DNA of 64,000 nucleotides from a virus. Shown piece by piece: positions 9,672 through 19,581 of this stretch. The position numbers were made by a program, and so were the translations under genes. Numbering within the stretch: position 1 is the stretch's first letter; every line of letters starts with the position of its first letter. The stretch covers positions 1 to 64,000 of IMG/VR virus record IMGVR_UViG_3300043122_000207; one strand, given 5' to 3'. Under the pieces are notes generated by a model that saw nothing but the letters and a program-made list of their open reading frames with translations, had not been told where the DNA came from and searched no databases.

Positions 9672-12506
9672 TTATTGAATTCTATGGGATGTTGTCAAAA
9701 CAGGTGGATATAGATAATGCATGTTTGCGGGATAGACATCTCCACTGTAATTAAGATCTTGACCTCTCATGAATTTGAGTAACAGACCATCCATCCTTGG
9801 TCTATCATAATTTTCTAAACCATCTAATATGGATTCATCAAAAACACCATAGTTCGCATAATATTTAAAATAAAGATATGATAACATATCATCCCCGAAA
9901 AGTTCATACCTTTCTTCTATCTCTTTTAGACTATTAAAGTTTTCAGGGTTTTCAAATAAGATTTTATGATAATCGGGTAAAGCTTCTATTATATCTCTAT
10001 CGATGTTTTCTATATCGATTATCTGTTCTCTGTAATCTGTGTCGAAATGGTTTTTATCAAGCTTTTCATCATAACCATTATAATATAATCCCAAATAACC
10101 ATTATGGTCTATATCTATATAACGGAAATGTTTTAATAACCCACCATCAAATTTAGCAGCTCTTAATCCTGTAGATTTAATGTTGGTTAATAAAGATCCG
10201 TTCCACTTATCATTGTCGATAAATTCATTCATATATGAATAAGATAAATAGTCTTTTAAATCCTCATTATCGGAGCTTGAATAAATAGGTGAAGGGTTAG
10301 GGTTTGATAAACTTAAAAGTGTATCGTTTGGTTTATTTTCATCATCTCTTAAAAAACCAACCATTATTATCTTATCACCCACATCCACATTATTGATGAA
10401 TTTCATTATCAAAATTTCTCTATTGTCACCATAACCTAAATTGGTGGTTTCTGTTAAGATTTCATAATCACCAGGGTCCAAATATTCTCCATTACAATAA
10501 AACTCAGGATTATAAATATCCCCAACAGTATTTTTTAAAATTATTGAATTAGGGTATTTTTCATTAACACCGTATTCTTCCATTATCATATTGCGGTCTT
10601 TTAATATAACTCTAAACTCATTTGATTTATCAATGTATCTATCTACCAATTCATCTTTATATTTATCTACATTTATAAAGTGCTGGATTCTATTATCTAA
10701 TTTTTCGACACCAATATAAATGTAAGTGTATCTATCTTTTTTTATAACATCAGTATCTATTGTAAAAAGTTTATCTTTATAGAAAAGTAGAGGCTCACTC
10801 AATGCTGGGTTCTCTACCTTTATTTCAAATTTAGGATACATATATTTTTCACCATTTATATTTTCTTTAGTATAATCTAAATCAAATATGGTGAAAGTGT
10901 GTTCTAAATCCAAACCTGTATTATCAGAAATCCTATCTCTTATATGGTCGTTATCTGTATCCACATCGATAAATCTATCATTATTTGATATCTTTTTAGT
11001 GTAGTCATACCCTATAAAATGGTTCTGATAGTATATTTCATAGTTGGCATTTATGTTATCTTCTTTTAGTCTTCTTTTTAAAGGTATAACTTTTTTATCT
11101 TCTTTTATCTCATTTAGATAACCAGTCATTGTGATAATTTCTGCATGATCAGGTTTAAAATGGAATATCATAATATAAAGGTTAGTTCTTAACTGTACTA
11201 TATTGTATTCGTCTTCATTCATTTTTATTCCATTGTGGTAGAAGTTAACACCATTTAAAGTGAAGAAATCTGAATTCAAAAATATAAAGGAATTATATTT
11301 ACCAAGTGTCACAAAGGAATTGATTATATAATCTTTTCTTTTTAAATTTACGGTTAAAAAGTCTTTATTATTAAGCCATTTTAAAAGATGTTCTGTTATG
11401 TGTTCTGTTCTATTTACATTTATATAGTGTTGTAAAGGTGGGTAAAGTTTTTCTATACCTATATAAACGTATGTGTAATAAGGGTCCTTAATCAATATTC
11501 TTTCATCAGTGTATAATTTACCATTAAAGAATAATTCGACATCTTCTAAAGAGGGGTTTTTAATCTTAATAACAAATTTAGGTTGTTTGAATTCCCTTTT
11601 AGAATCAACAAAAAAATCACGACTTATTGGTTCTTCTGTAACATCTAAATCTTTGACTTTATAGGTTTTAACTTTTTCTAAACCCATATCATCTTTTATT
11701 TTGTCATACAACCCAACATCGTTATTTATTAAAGTTTCTATTATCTTTTCATTAGATAAATCATCCCTTTTACTTAAAGCTAAATCTTTAATTGGTATTG
11801 GGTGTGGTTTATCTTTAATTAAAAGATTATCCCCATATTCTTTTATAGTGTCGGTATAATAAGCATCCACGCTGTATAAATAAATGTAGACCTTATCGGC
11901 TGCCGATATGATAGATTGTATTTCTATCATATTTTCATTTATCTTTTCTATTCTCAATGGGTAGAACATATTATCTTTTAATATTATTAGATAATCACTA
12001 AAAGCATAATCGGTAGATGATAGTATACCGGTATCGGTTAACTCCAGAAAATCACCTTCAAGGTAATAGTCATCTTTTAGGGTCGATAGTTTAAGATATT
12101 CGTCAGTTTCTACTTTAGCCAAACTATCTTTAACTCGGCTAGTTCTAGCAGTATGGTATATAAAGGTTAATTTAGTGAAGGTAAATGTCTCTAAAATCTC
12201 ACCATAGATGAAGCATCTGCCATCTAAAAATTTATGTTCTAAACCGAGTTCTTCTAAAGATTTATTATCAAGATAGATTTCATATCTTTTTTTATCTGGT
12301 GGGTAAGGGAAAGAAATAACTTTACCCTCGTAAGGTTTTAATAAATCTTCTATAGTGTCGAGTTTTATATCACCAAAATAAAAGTCTTCTTCTGTCTCAT
12401 ATATTTTAAAAAATCTATCTGCAATTTTTAAATCTTTATACTCTGTTATATACTTTTCAAGTTCGTCTTTAAAATCATTTGAAAAGTGATCTATTTTTTC
12501 AATCAA
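9672..12506 (-). CDS. Large putative virion structural protein with internal duplication
   Basis: 944 aa, TTG start; PKF.IK..NP.L....LF...KL.T......KD.YTY.YIG.EKL...QH.INV repeated twice. Confidence 0.6.
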   Translation of the reverse strand: MIEKIDHFSNDFKDELEKYITEYKDLKIADRFFKIYETEEDFYFGDIKLDTIEDLLKPYEGKVISFPYPPDKKRYEIYLDNKSLEELGLEHKFLDGRCFIYGEILETFTFTKLTFIYHTARTSRVKDSLAKVETDEYLKLSTLKDDYYLEGDFLELTDTGILSSTDYAFSDYLIILKDNMFYPLRIEKINENMIEIQSIISAADKVYIYLYSVDAYYTDTIKEYGDNLLIKDKPHPIPIKDLALSKRDDLSNEKIIETLINNDVGLYDKIKDDMGLEKVKTYKVKDLDVTEEPISRDFFVDSKREFKQPKFVIKIKNPSLEDVELFFNGKLYTDERILIKDPYYTYVYIGIEKLYPPLQHYINVNRTEHITEHLLKWLNNKDFLTVNLKRKDYIINSFVTLGKYNSFIFLNSDFFTLNGVNFYHNGIKMNEDEYNIVQLRTNLYIMIFHFKPDHAEIITMTGYLNEIKEDKKVIPLKRRLKEDNINANYEIYYQNHFIGYDYTKKISNNDRFIDVDTDNDHIRDRISDNTGLDLEHTFTIFDLDYTKENINGEKYMYPKFEIKVENPALSEPLLFYKDKLFTIDTDVIKKDRYTYIYIGVEKLDNRIQHFINVDKYKDELVDRYIDKSNEFRVILKDRNMIMEEYGVNEKYPNSIILKNTVGDIYNPEFYCNGEYLDPGDYEILTETTNLGYGDNREILIMKFINNVDVGDKIIMVGFLRDDENKPNDTLLSLSNPNPSPIYSSSDNEDLKDYLSYSYMNEFIDNDKWNGSLLTNIKSTGLRAAKFDGGLLKHFRYIDIDHNGYLGLYYNGYDEKLDKNHFDTDYREQIIDIENIDRDIIEALPDYHKILFENPENFNSLKEIEERYELFGDDMLSYLYFKYYANYGVFDESILDGLENYDRPRMDGLLLKFMRGQDLNYSGDVYPANMHYLYPPVLTTSHRIQ

Positions 12507-12554
12507 AATTTAACACCCCCTTCAAAAGGTTATTGGTGGTCACAAGTTATTGGT

Positions 12555-14498
12555 TTATTTTATATTTGATAATAAAACAGTTTGTAATCTATTACATGGT
12601 AATTTCAGTTCTTTTTTGATTGTCTTCTTATTGGAATAAATAGCAAAATCATACCTTTCAGAAAATGCCATCACAACTAAATAAGGAACATAGTCTATAC
12701 AGAAAATACCCAGCTCACCAAATAACATTGTGTGTACCTTTATAAATGAAGCTAAATCTATCTTCAATTGTGGGAAAGTTTTTTTGATTACTTTAAGAAC
12801 TTTTTTAATGGATATGAAATCTTTTGTGTCATGTTCCATATTGATTAATTCTATTTTATCTAAGTTCTTGGTTTCAGATAAGGTTTGACATGTATCTTCT
12901 AATTTATCTGAATAACCCAATCCCAAAACAGAAAGGTGCATATATTTTGCTAGGATATATTTTAATACTTTAGCATTATCTGTCTTATTGGCAACAGAAC
13001 CCATCCTATTTATGGTAGACATCATCATTGTAGAGTACACTTCAAACAATTGCTTTCTTATCTTGAAGTTATGTTTTACCATATTTGGATTAGAAGCAAC
13101 CTCTAACATGGTGTAAGCTGCTGTTAATACATTTTCTAAACCGTTATCGTGATTGAACCTAAACTTTAATACCTCTTTATCATCTTCGACTTCCTTTTTT
13201 TCTTTAGTTAAAGATGTCACATTAACATATAATTTATAATCTCTTTTATTTTTAAATAAAGGCATAAACATAATTGATTTAGATAAAGATGTATCTGCAT
13301 TTCTTAAAAGAACTATTCTATCATCTGCTATTAATTTTTCGATTTGATTTTTAAACTTATAGCTTTTCTTCTGTAATCTTAAGAAGTCAAATTCAGCATT
13401 GGATGGTTTTACAACATCAGCAGTATCTAAAAATTTCTTTATTCTTTTATCTAATCTTAAAATACCATCTAAATGTGAATAGATTTCAGAGTTACTTATT
13501 TTAAAGATATCTTTATCATCTGGTGATTCTTTCACCATACCTTCATCTTTGACAAATTCTTCATCTTCCTCAGAATCTTCTGTTTCCTCTTCCTCTTCTT
13601 CTACCTCAACTGGTTCATCGTTCTCCTCTTCTAAATCTATATCATCATCTTCAACTTCCTCTTCCCCGCCACCATTCATCTCAAATAATTCGATAGCTAT
13701 TAATTCTATATAATCACATAGAAATTCCATATTGGTTGTGATTGGTGTTTCATTTTCTTTAAACATAGCTTTAATTTTATCAAATGACTTTGATTCTTCA
13801 TCGTAGCTTGGAAGATAAACTATCATGTCATCTGCTTCTTCAGATGCTTTATGTGCTTCAGCTAAATCGTTAGAATCTACTCTTCCTTTTTTGACATCAA
13901 CTATACTAACTGTAAGGTCAGCATCTTCTACTTTATTTACACCAACTACATCCACATTTCTTTTTGCTATGGTTTCTTTTATACTCTTTTCTTTTTTACC
14001 ATTTGCCTCAGATGAATCAAAATAAATTTTAATCTGTTTGGTTTCATCGTTTTCAATTTTGCTATCTGTGGTTTCCATACCTTCCATGTCTGGTGCCTCC
14101 TTATGTAATCTTGTATTATTTCCTTCTAAAAATGATATTAAAGGTTGAACATCATAAAAAATTTGTGATCTAGTTACACTATATTTTTGTGCCAGATCCT
14201 CAATTTTTGACATCGACTGTAATTTGTTTTTGCTTTTAAAAGTTTCCTTTACAATACAAATTACCACTTTGGATTTATACTTCATTATATCATGTACCAG
14301 TTCAGCTACTACAGATGCTGTAGTGGAACTAGTTAATATATAAACTAAAAAATCACAGTCCTCTTTTTTCCTATCTGTTTCTAACATCATAGGGTTAATC
14401 GTTTTAATTTTATTGTTCTCTAAAGACTTTGATACCTTAGCCTTCCACATCGATCTTCTTGAGCGTCTACCACCCAATCCATTTATTCCTATAAGCAT
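12555..14498 (-). CDS. Multidomain protein: nucleoside 2-deoxyribosyltransferase-like N-terminal domain(s), acidic linker, helical C-terminal domain
   Basis: INPMM..E.DRKKEDCDFLVYILTS...VVAELVHDIMK...KVVICI resembles the Nuc_deoxyri_tr2 family; E/D-rich linker; GAGGTG RBS. Confidence 0.5.
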   Translation of the reverse strand: MLIGINGLGGRRSRRSMWKAKVSKSLENNKIKTINPMMLETDRKKEDCDFLVYILTSSTTASVVAELVHDIMKYKSKVVICIVKETFKSKNKLQSMSKIEDLAQKYSVTRSQIFYDVQPLISFLEGNNTRLHKEAPDMEGMETTDSKIENDETKQIKIYFDSSEANGKKEKSIKETIAKRNVDVVGVNKVEDADLTVSIVDVKKGRVDSNDLAEAHKASEEADDMIVYLPSYDEESKSFDKIKAMFKENETPITTNMEFLCDYIELIAIELFEMNGGGEEEVEDDDIDLEEENDEPVEVEEEEEETEDSEEDEEFVKDEGMVKESPDDKDIFKISNSEIYSHLDGILRLDKRIKKFLDTADVVKPSNAEFDFLRLQKKSYKFKNQIEKLIADDRIVLLRNADTSLSKSIMFMPLFKNKRDYKLYVNVTSLTKEKKEVEDDKEVLKFRFNHDNGLENVLTAAYTMLEVASNPNMVKHNFKIRKQLFEVYSTMMMSTINRMGSVANKTDNAKVLKYILAKYMHLSVLGLGYSDKLEDTCQTLSETKNLDKIELINMEHDTKDFISIKKVLKVIKKTFPQLKIDLASFIKVHTMLFGELGIFCIDYVPYLVVMAFSERYDFAIYSNKKTIKKELKLPCNRLQTVLLSNIK

Positions 14499-14531
14499 TT
14501 ATATTCACCTCAATTATTTTTATTTTCTCAC

Positions 14532-14545
14532 AACATATTATTGTT
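14532..14545. promoter_or_regulatory. Overlapping divergent AACA-N6-TG motifs (putative late phage promoters)
   Basis: caaca-tattat-tgttg gives AACA-N6-TG on both strands between divergent gene blocks. Confidence 0.5.
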
Positions 14546-14915
14546 GAGGTTAACCCAAAACTGGTATAAAAATATAAAAGGAGATGTTTTTATGTCTAAA
14601 ACAAAAGAGAAAACTTTTATCGACCAATTTTTTGAAGAGAATCTATGGGTATTAAATGATAGATCTAGATACAAATTATCCATAACTTCTGGTAGATTGA
14701 TGATAACCAAAGACGATGGATTAACAAGAGTAGAAGAAATACCACTGGATTATATAACAGGATTTAAATTTGTGGGTCAAAGCCCAGAGGAGTCAAATCA
14801 TTTTTACATTTATTTTAAAGAGTATCACACTTACCCTTCAGAAAAAAGATTTCTGATATGGAAATACGAGGGAGTTAGTAAGGTTAAAAAGGAATTTAAA
14901 ATGAGAATATACTAG
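14541..14915 (+). CDS. Hypothetical protein (probable start ATG 14592)
   Basis: AAGGAG RBS before ATG 14592 (MSKTKEK...). Confidence 0.6.
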   Translation: MLRLTQNWYKNIKGDVFMSKTKEKTFIDQFFEENLWVLNDRSRYKLSITSGRLMITKDDGLTRVEEIPLDYITGFKFVGQSPEESNHFYIYFKEYHTYPSEKRFLIWKYEGVSKVKKEFKMRIY

Positions 14916-14926
14916 GAGGTTTTTAA

Positions 14927-15241
14927 ATGAATAAATTAAAAACTGATATTTTAGAACACATTTTAGAAGTTTTAAATAGAAAGATAATGGGAGAGTATAG
15001 AATAGACAGAAATGAAGAAGATCTTTTAGCTTATGATTATAAAGATAGATTATACTTTGCTGTATCTTTAAAAAATATAACTGACATCCATATAGATGAT
15101 GATGATAATGTTTATATTATGGCACTGTCACCTAAATTCAAACCAAGAAGTGATGGTATGAGAAAAGAGATGTCAAAGGAGTTTGAAAAAGAATTGGTAA
15201 AATATATACTTTATGATGGGGGAGAATATGTGAGGTGGTAA
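14927..15241 (+). CDS. Hypothetical protein
   Basis: 104 aa, AGGAGG RBS, tight operon. Confidence 0.6.
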   Translation: MNKLKTDILEHILEVLNRKIMGEYRIDRNEEDLLAYDYKDRLYFAVSLKNITDIHIDDDDNVYIMALSPKFKPRSDGMRKEMSKEFEKELVKYILYDGGEYVRW

Positions 15242-15242
15242 T

Positions 15243-16406
15243 ATGAAAGAAATTATAAAGATGATAAATATAGCAGATATTCATTCTGTACCAAATGATA
15301 CAGATGCATATACATTTTTTAATGATGATCTTTATTTTGTTTTGGAGTTTTTAGATAATAATGATTTTGATTTATTAACTATATCTGGTGATTTATTCGA
15401 AACAGTTTATAAAGCAGATTCACCAGAAGTTAGAATAACTTTAAGGTTTATGCATTTGCTTCTCAATATAGCTAGACAAAAAAATGCAAAGGTTAGAATA
15501 ATAAAAGGAACACACAGACACGATTATGACCAGCTATCACTTTTAGAACATTATGTATCTGAAACACATTATGATTTTAAAATATATGACAGTCCAACTG
15601 ATGAAGAAATCTTTGAGGATTTCATTGTTAAGTTCATACCAGAAATGTATGTTGATGATTATGTTGATTTTAAAGATAAATACTTATCAAGTTATTGTGA
15701 TGTAATGGTCTTTCATGGTATGGTAGAGGGTGTAATGAAAATAGCAGAAAGAAGAAACGATATTATATTAGACAAATCTGTCCCCATTATGAAAGTGCCG
15801 GATATAGAAAATTGCACTGAAATATTTGCAGTTGGCGGTCACATTCATAATAGGATTTTTGCGACAGATAATATATGGTATACGAACTCATTGCATGCAA
15901 AATCCTTTTCTGACACTGATGATAAGGGTTTTGATTATATTACAATAGATAATGTATCTAAAACTTTTGAAACTGAGTATATAATAAATGAGGAGTCACC
16001 TTCATACAAGGTTATAGATTTTACTGAGGATTTTCTAACACAGGGTAAAAAATCTTTAAGAGCTAAATTACTGGAGATGAAAAGAAAATTAGATTATAAA
16101 TCACATGTGAGATTGGATGTGGATATATCCAAATTAAATTCCACCCAAAAAGAAAACTTAGATTTTTTAAAAGTTAAATTCGGGGATAATTTTGAATTCA
16201 AAACAACAAAAAGTGATTTAAATACATCTGATGAAGTTTTTAATAAGAAATTAGAAGAAGCTAATATGGTTTTAGATAAGGGTATTCATTTAGAAAAAAA
16301 GGTATTAAAAGTTCTTCAGCAGAAAAAAGAACAGTATAATTTAAAAGAAAGTGATTTAGATATTAAAAAAATACAGGATGTACTAGAAATTCTCAGAACA
16401 GAATAA
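15243..16406 (+). CDS. sbcD: SbcD/Mre11-like metallophosphoesterase nuclease
   Basis: Calcineurin-like motifs: IADIH, ISGDLF, GTHRHD, VFHG, GGHIH. Confidence 0.85.
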   Translation: MKEIIKMINIADIHSVPNDTDAYTFFNDDLYFVLEFLDNNDFDLLTISGDLFETVYKADSPEVRITLRFMHLLLNIARQKNAKVRIIKGTHRHDYDQLSLLEHYVSETHYDFKIYDSPTDEEIFEDFIVKFIPEMYVDDYVDFKDKYLSSYCDVMVFHGMVEGVMKIAERRNDIILDKSVPIMKVPDIENCTEIFAVGGHIHNRIFATDNIWYTNSLHAKSFSDTDDKGFDYITIDNVSKTFETEYIINEESPSYKVIDFTEDFLTQGKKSLRAKLLEMKRKLDYKSHVRLDVDISKLNSTQKENLDFLKVKFGDNFEFKTTKSDLNTSDEVFNKKLEEANMVLDKGIHLEKKVLKVLQQKKEQYNLKESDLDIKKIQDVLEILRTE

Positions 16407-16422
16407 ATGGATATCAAATGTT

Positions 16423-18063
16423 TTGGAGGTGTTAAACTTGGCTTTTTATGATAACCGGGAGATGATGAAGACTACTCTTTTAAGTGTTTTAAAAAAAGGA
16501 CAGAATACAAAATATGTTATGACACTTAAAGAGGTATTTTCAAATGTCAAAATTAAAGATATGGTGGATGAAACTTGTATTGAATTAACTAAAATGATTA
16601 AAAAAGCAATAGAAGGTATAGGAGATTCTATACTTCGTTCAGAGATGCTTTTTGAATATGCTAAATCATCCGATGAAGATTTGAATGAAGAAATACACTC
16701 TAGAATGGATGAGCCTTTAGGAGAGTCTGTTATGCACGATTTAATGGCACATTATGCAACCATTAAATTATACCCCATTTTAATAGATAAGAGTGAAGAG
16801 ATTATTGATGCAGTGACCAAGATTAATATTGGTGGTATTAAAGATTCTGCTGATGCTATGGAAAACTTAAGAGAACTTTTAGGTAATGTTCAAACTGAGA
16901 TTAATAAATCCCTATCAGTTGAAGATGGTAAAACTATAGAGTTTGAAGAAGATACAATTATTGGTTTTGATGAAACTATTAAAGAAATGCGTGATACTGA
17001 AACATTTAGGGTTTATACTGATACAGCTTTAGATGACCATGATGGTGGGTATGCGCCAACTAAATCTTATTGTAAGATAGGTATTCCAGGTGGTGGTAAA
17101 TCTTTAACACTTTTAAATACTGCTCTTTTAATAAGGCACGCTAATAAATTTACACCAATGGAGCTTGAAGGTTATAAACCTATAGTGATTTATATTACCT
17201 TAGAAAATACCACTGTTCAAACTTTTGAAAGAATGTTGGCTTTCTATGGTATGGATAGTGATGAAATAGATGCAATGTCACCTGCTGAACTTAAAGCAAA
17301 ATGTATGGAGCTGGTTTCTCCTAAGGATGAATTTGACATAAGATTTTCTATTAAGCAGTTTAAAAGGTATACCATTGATGGTGTACATCTAACCAATATG
17401 GTCAAAGATTATGAAAACAGAGGTTACAAAGTTATGGCTTTAGTTGTCGATTACCTTGACCTTTTAGAGTTCCACGAAGATGCAGAGGATAGATATAATT
17501 CAAAAATGCCTATTGTAAAAAAGGCAGAGGATTTAAAAAATACTGCAATCGATGGGTTCACACCTGTTATAACAGCAGCACAGACAAATAGAAATGGTGA
17601 GGTTGCTATTAAAGAGGCTATAGAAAGAGGTAAGAATGTTATTGATCCTATTAAAGCATTACATGGTGGTTGTATTGCTGGTGGCTATCAGCTTAAGGGT
17701 GAATTTGATTTTGTGTCATTTATTTATAAAGGTGAATTCAATGGTAAAAATTATGTTTCTATTATGAGTGATAAAGAAAGAGACCATGTTGAAAAGAATG
17801 AAGATAGAAAATATCAGTCTGGTAAAAAGTTATCTGTTGTTCCACTTAATGGATTTAGATATACTAAAGAAACACTTCATTCTGCATCGGAGTTATTCCC
17901 TGAGGATAAAACCACAGTTAATATATTATCTGAGGGTAATAGGAAGTTTAAAGATATGGTTGAAGAAGGTAAAGGAAAAATAGAAACATCCAGTAATAAA
18001 AAGAAAAAAGAAAATGATGATGAAAAATCTAAGGGTATGAAAAGATCAATAGAGCAAAGTTAA
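16423..18063 (+). CDS. dnaB: DnaB-like (SF4) replicative helicase
   Basis: Walker A GIPGGGKS, YITLEN, Walker B VVDYLDLL, VITAAQTNR, C-terminal K.R arginine-finger region. Confidence 0.8.
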   Translation: MEVLNLAFYDNREMMKTTLLSVLKKGQNTKYVMTLKEVFSNVKIKDMVDETCIELTKMIKKAIEGIGDSILRSEMLFEYAKSSDEDLNEEIHSRMDEPLGESVMHDLMAHYATIKLYPILIDKSEEIIDAVTKINIGGIKDSADAMENLRELLGNVQTEINKSLSVEDGKTIEFEEDTIIGFDETIKEMRDTETFRVYTDTALDDHDGGYAPTKSYCKIGIPGGGKSLTLLNTALLIRHANKFTPMELEGYKPIVIYITLENTTVQTFERMLAFYGMDSDEIDAMSPAELKAKCMELVSPKDEFDIRFSIKQFKRYTIDGVHLTNMVKDYENRGYKVMALVVDYLDLLEFHEDAEDRYNSKMPIVKKAEDLKNTAIDGFTPVITAAQTNRNGEVAIKEAIERGKNVIDPIKALHGGCIAGGYQLKGEFDFVSFIYKGEFNGKNYVSIMSDKERDHVEKNEDRKYQSGKKLSVVPLNGFRYTKETLHSASELFPEDKTTVNILSEGNRKFKDMVEEGKGKIETSSNKKKKENDDEKSKGMKRSIEQS

Positions 18064-18107
18064 TAATGATACCATAGCTATCTTTCGCTATAGTTATGGT
18101 ATTTTGA

Positions 18108-18118
18108 TTATATATTAT
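18108..18118 (+). promoter_or_regulatory. TTATATATTAT motif, putative early phage promoter
   Basis: Same 11-mer recurs upstream of + strand genes at 29874, 35623, 51904, 53695, 57042; follows a hairpin at ~18070-18103. Confidence 0.6.
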
Positions 18119-18184
18119 ATGGTTGAAAGAGGAGATTTACATTAATGCATTAATTAAAAATACTTTAAAAGGAGATGTTAGAAA

Positions 18185-19513
18185 ATGGGAACTAATTATG
18201 TTGAGAGAGGTTATGACAGTTATGAAAGAGAAAACAAGTTAAGAGATTATTCGATTGCAGTTGGTAATGTACAACACGTTGAAGATTTAAGAGACAGGTT
18301 TGATTTACAGAAAGGGTCAGCTCATTCTAATGTAATGCACATGTTAGATGCATTGGAGACTGGAGAGGAATTTAACACACAAGCTAATATGAATATGGTC
18401 TTTGATGGTGCTTTAGCGGACTTTCTGGAATTTGTTAATCAGACTAATAAAGACCAGTACAAGTATTTAGAGGATGAAATTGATATGCTTAAAAGAATTT
18501 CATCTGGGCTGGCAAAACTTAAGATGGATGGTATTCTAAACGAGTTGGAAAAAGAAGGTATTCTAGAAAGAGATGAAGTTGATGCAATGGCTTCACATCA
18601 TATTCTAGATGATGCTGCTGAAGATTTAACTACAGCAACAAGTAAGAACATACTTCTTGCTAGAACAAATTCTGATTTAAAAGCTGCTATCCACAGTATT
18701 AGAAATACCTTTGATGACAATGCTTATAGATTTAATTTCGAAGGTAACCCTGTTATTGAGAAGTTACAGGACTTGGGAGTTGTAGAAAGTGTGCGTTCCC
18801 GAGGTATTATAAGAGAAGATGAAGGTTATAACGACGGACGCTCTACTGACTTTAGAAGAAGTACAGAAAGCAACTTCAATAGAAGAAGACCACAAAGACA
18901 GGGTGATAGAGTAGATTTCAATAGAGACTATTCTAGAAGAAATGATGATGTTGGTTATGCTGGAAGTAGAAGAACACCGCAGAGACAATATCAACCAAGA
19001 CAAAACTATCAGGACAATAGAAGATATGATAGTAGAAATGTGAGGTCTGATTATGGTGGTCGTTCAGGTGGAATACAATTAGACTTAAGTGGTGATAGAG
19101 GAAGACAACAAGATACCAGAAGAAATCAACCTGTAAGAAATTCTGCAGGAGGTAGAACTTCTAGAGCACCAAGAAAGAGCAGATATAATCCAAGCTATAA
19201 TGAACCAAGAAATAACTATGGAAGAAGAGATGATGGAAGATATAGTAGAAGAGATGCCCAGTATGATAGGGGTTATGACAGAGACAGAGGAGGATATGAT
19301 AGAAACAGAAGATCCTTCTCACTAAATGATTTTGGTGGTGGTTCAAGACAACCAAGACAATCAAGGGAAACTAGATTCTATCCCGATAATGATAGAAGTC
19401 GAAACAGATCACCAAGACCTTCTACTGGAACTTTCTCAATCTTAGGTTTTGATCAAGATGAAAGAGGAAACCGTAGTCTGCATATAAATGTCGATGATGA
19501 TTTTGTTTCTTAA
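18185..19513 (+). CDS. Protein with helical N-terminus and long R/G/D/Y/Q-rich intrinsically disordered C-terminus
   Basis: Residues ~215-430 dominated by R, D, G, Y, S, Q, N (e.g. RDAQYDRGYDRDRGGYDRNRR); AAGGAG RBS. Confidence 0.75.
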   Translation: MGTNYVERGYDSYERENKLRDYSIAVGNVQHVEDLRDRFDLQKGSAHSNVMHMLDALETGEEFNTQANMNMVFDGALADFLEFVNQTNKDQYKYLEDEIDMLKRISSGLAKLKMDGILNELEKEGILERDEVDAMASHHILDDAAEDLTTATSKNILLARTNSDLKAAIHSIRNTFDDNAYRFNFEGNPVIEKLQDLGVVESVRSRGIIREDEGYNDGRSTDFRRSTESNFNRRRPQRQGDRVDFNRDYSRRNDDVGYAGSRRTPQRQYQPRQNYQDNRRYDSRNVRSDYGGRSGGIQLDLSGDRGRQQDTRRNQPVRNSAGGRTSRAPRKSRYNPSYNEPRNNYGRRDDGRYSRRDAQYDRGYDRDRGGYDRNRRSFSLNDFGGGSRQPRQSRETRFYPDNDRSRNRSPRPSTGTFSILGFDQDERGNRSLHINVDDDFVS

Positions 19514-19581
19514 GTTATCATCTTAACCATAAATAAAGAACTGATAATTAAAAATAAAAAATTATTAAAGGAGATGTTAAA

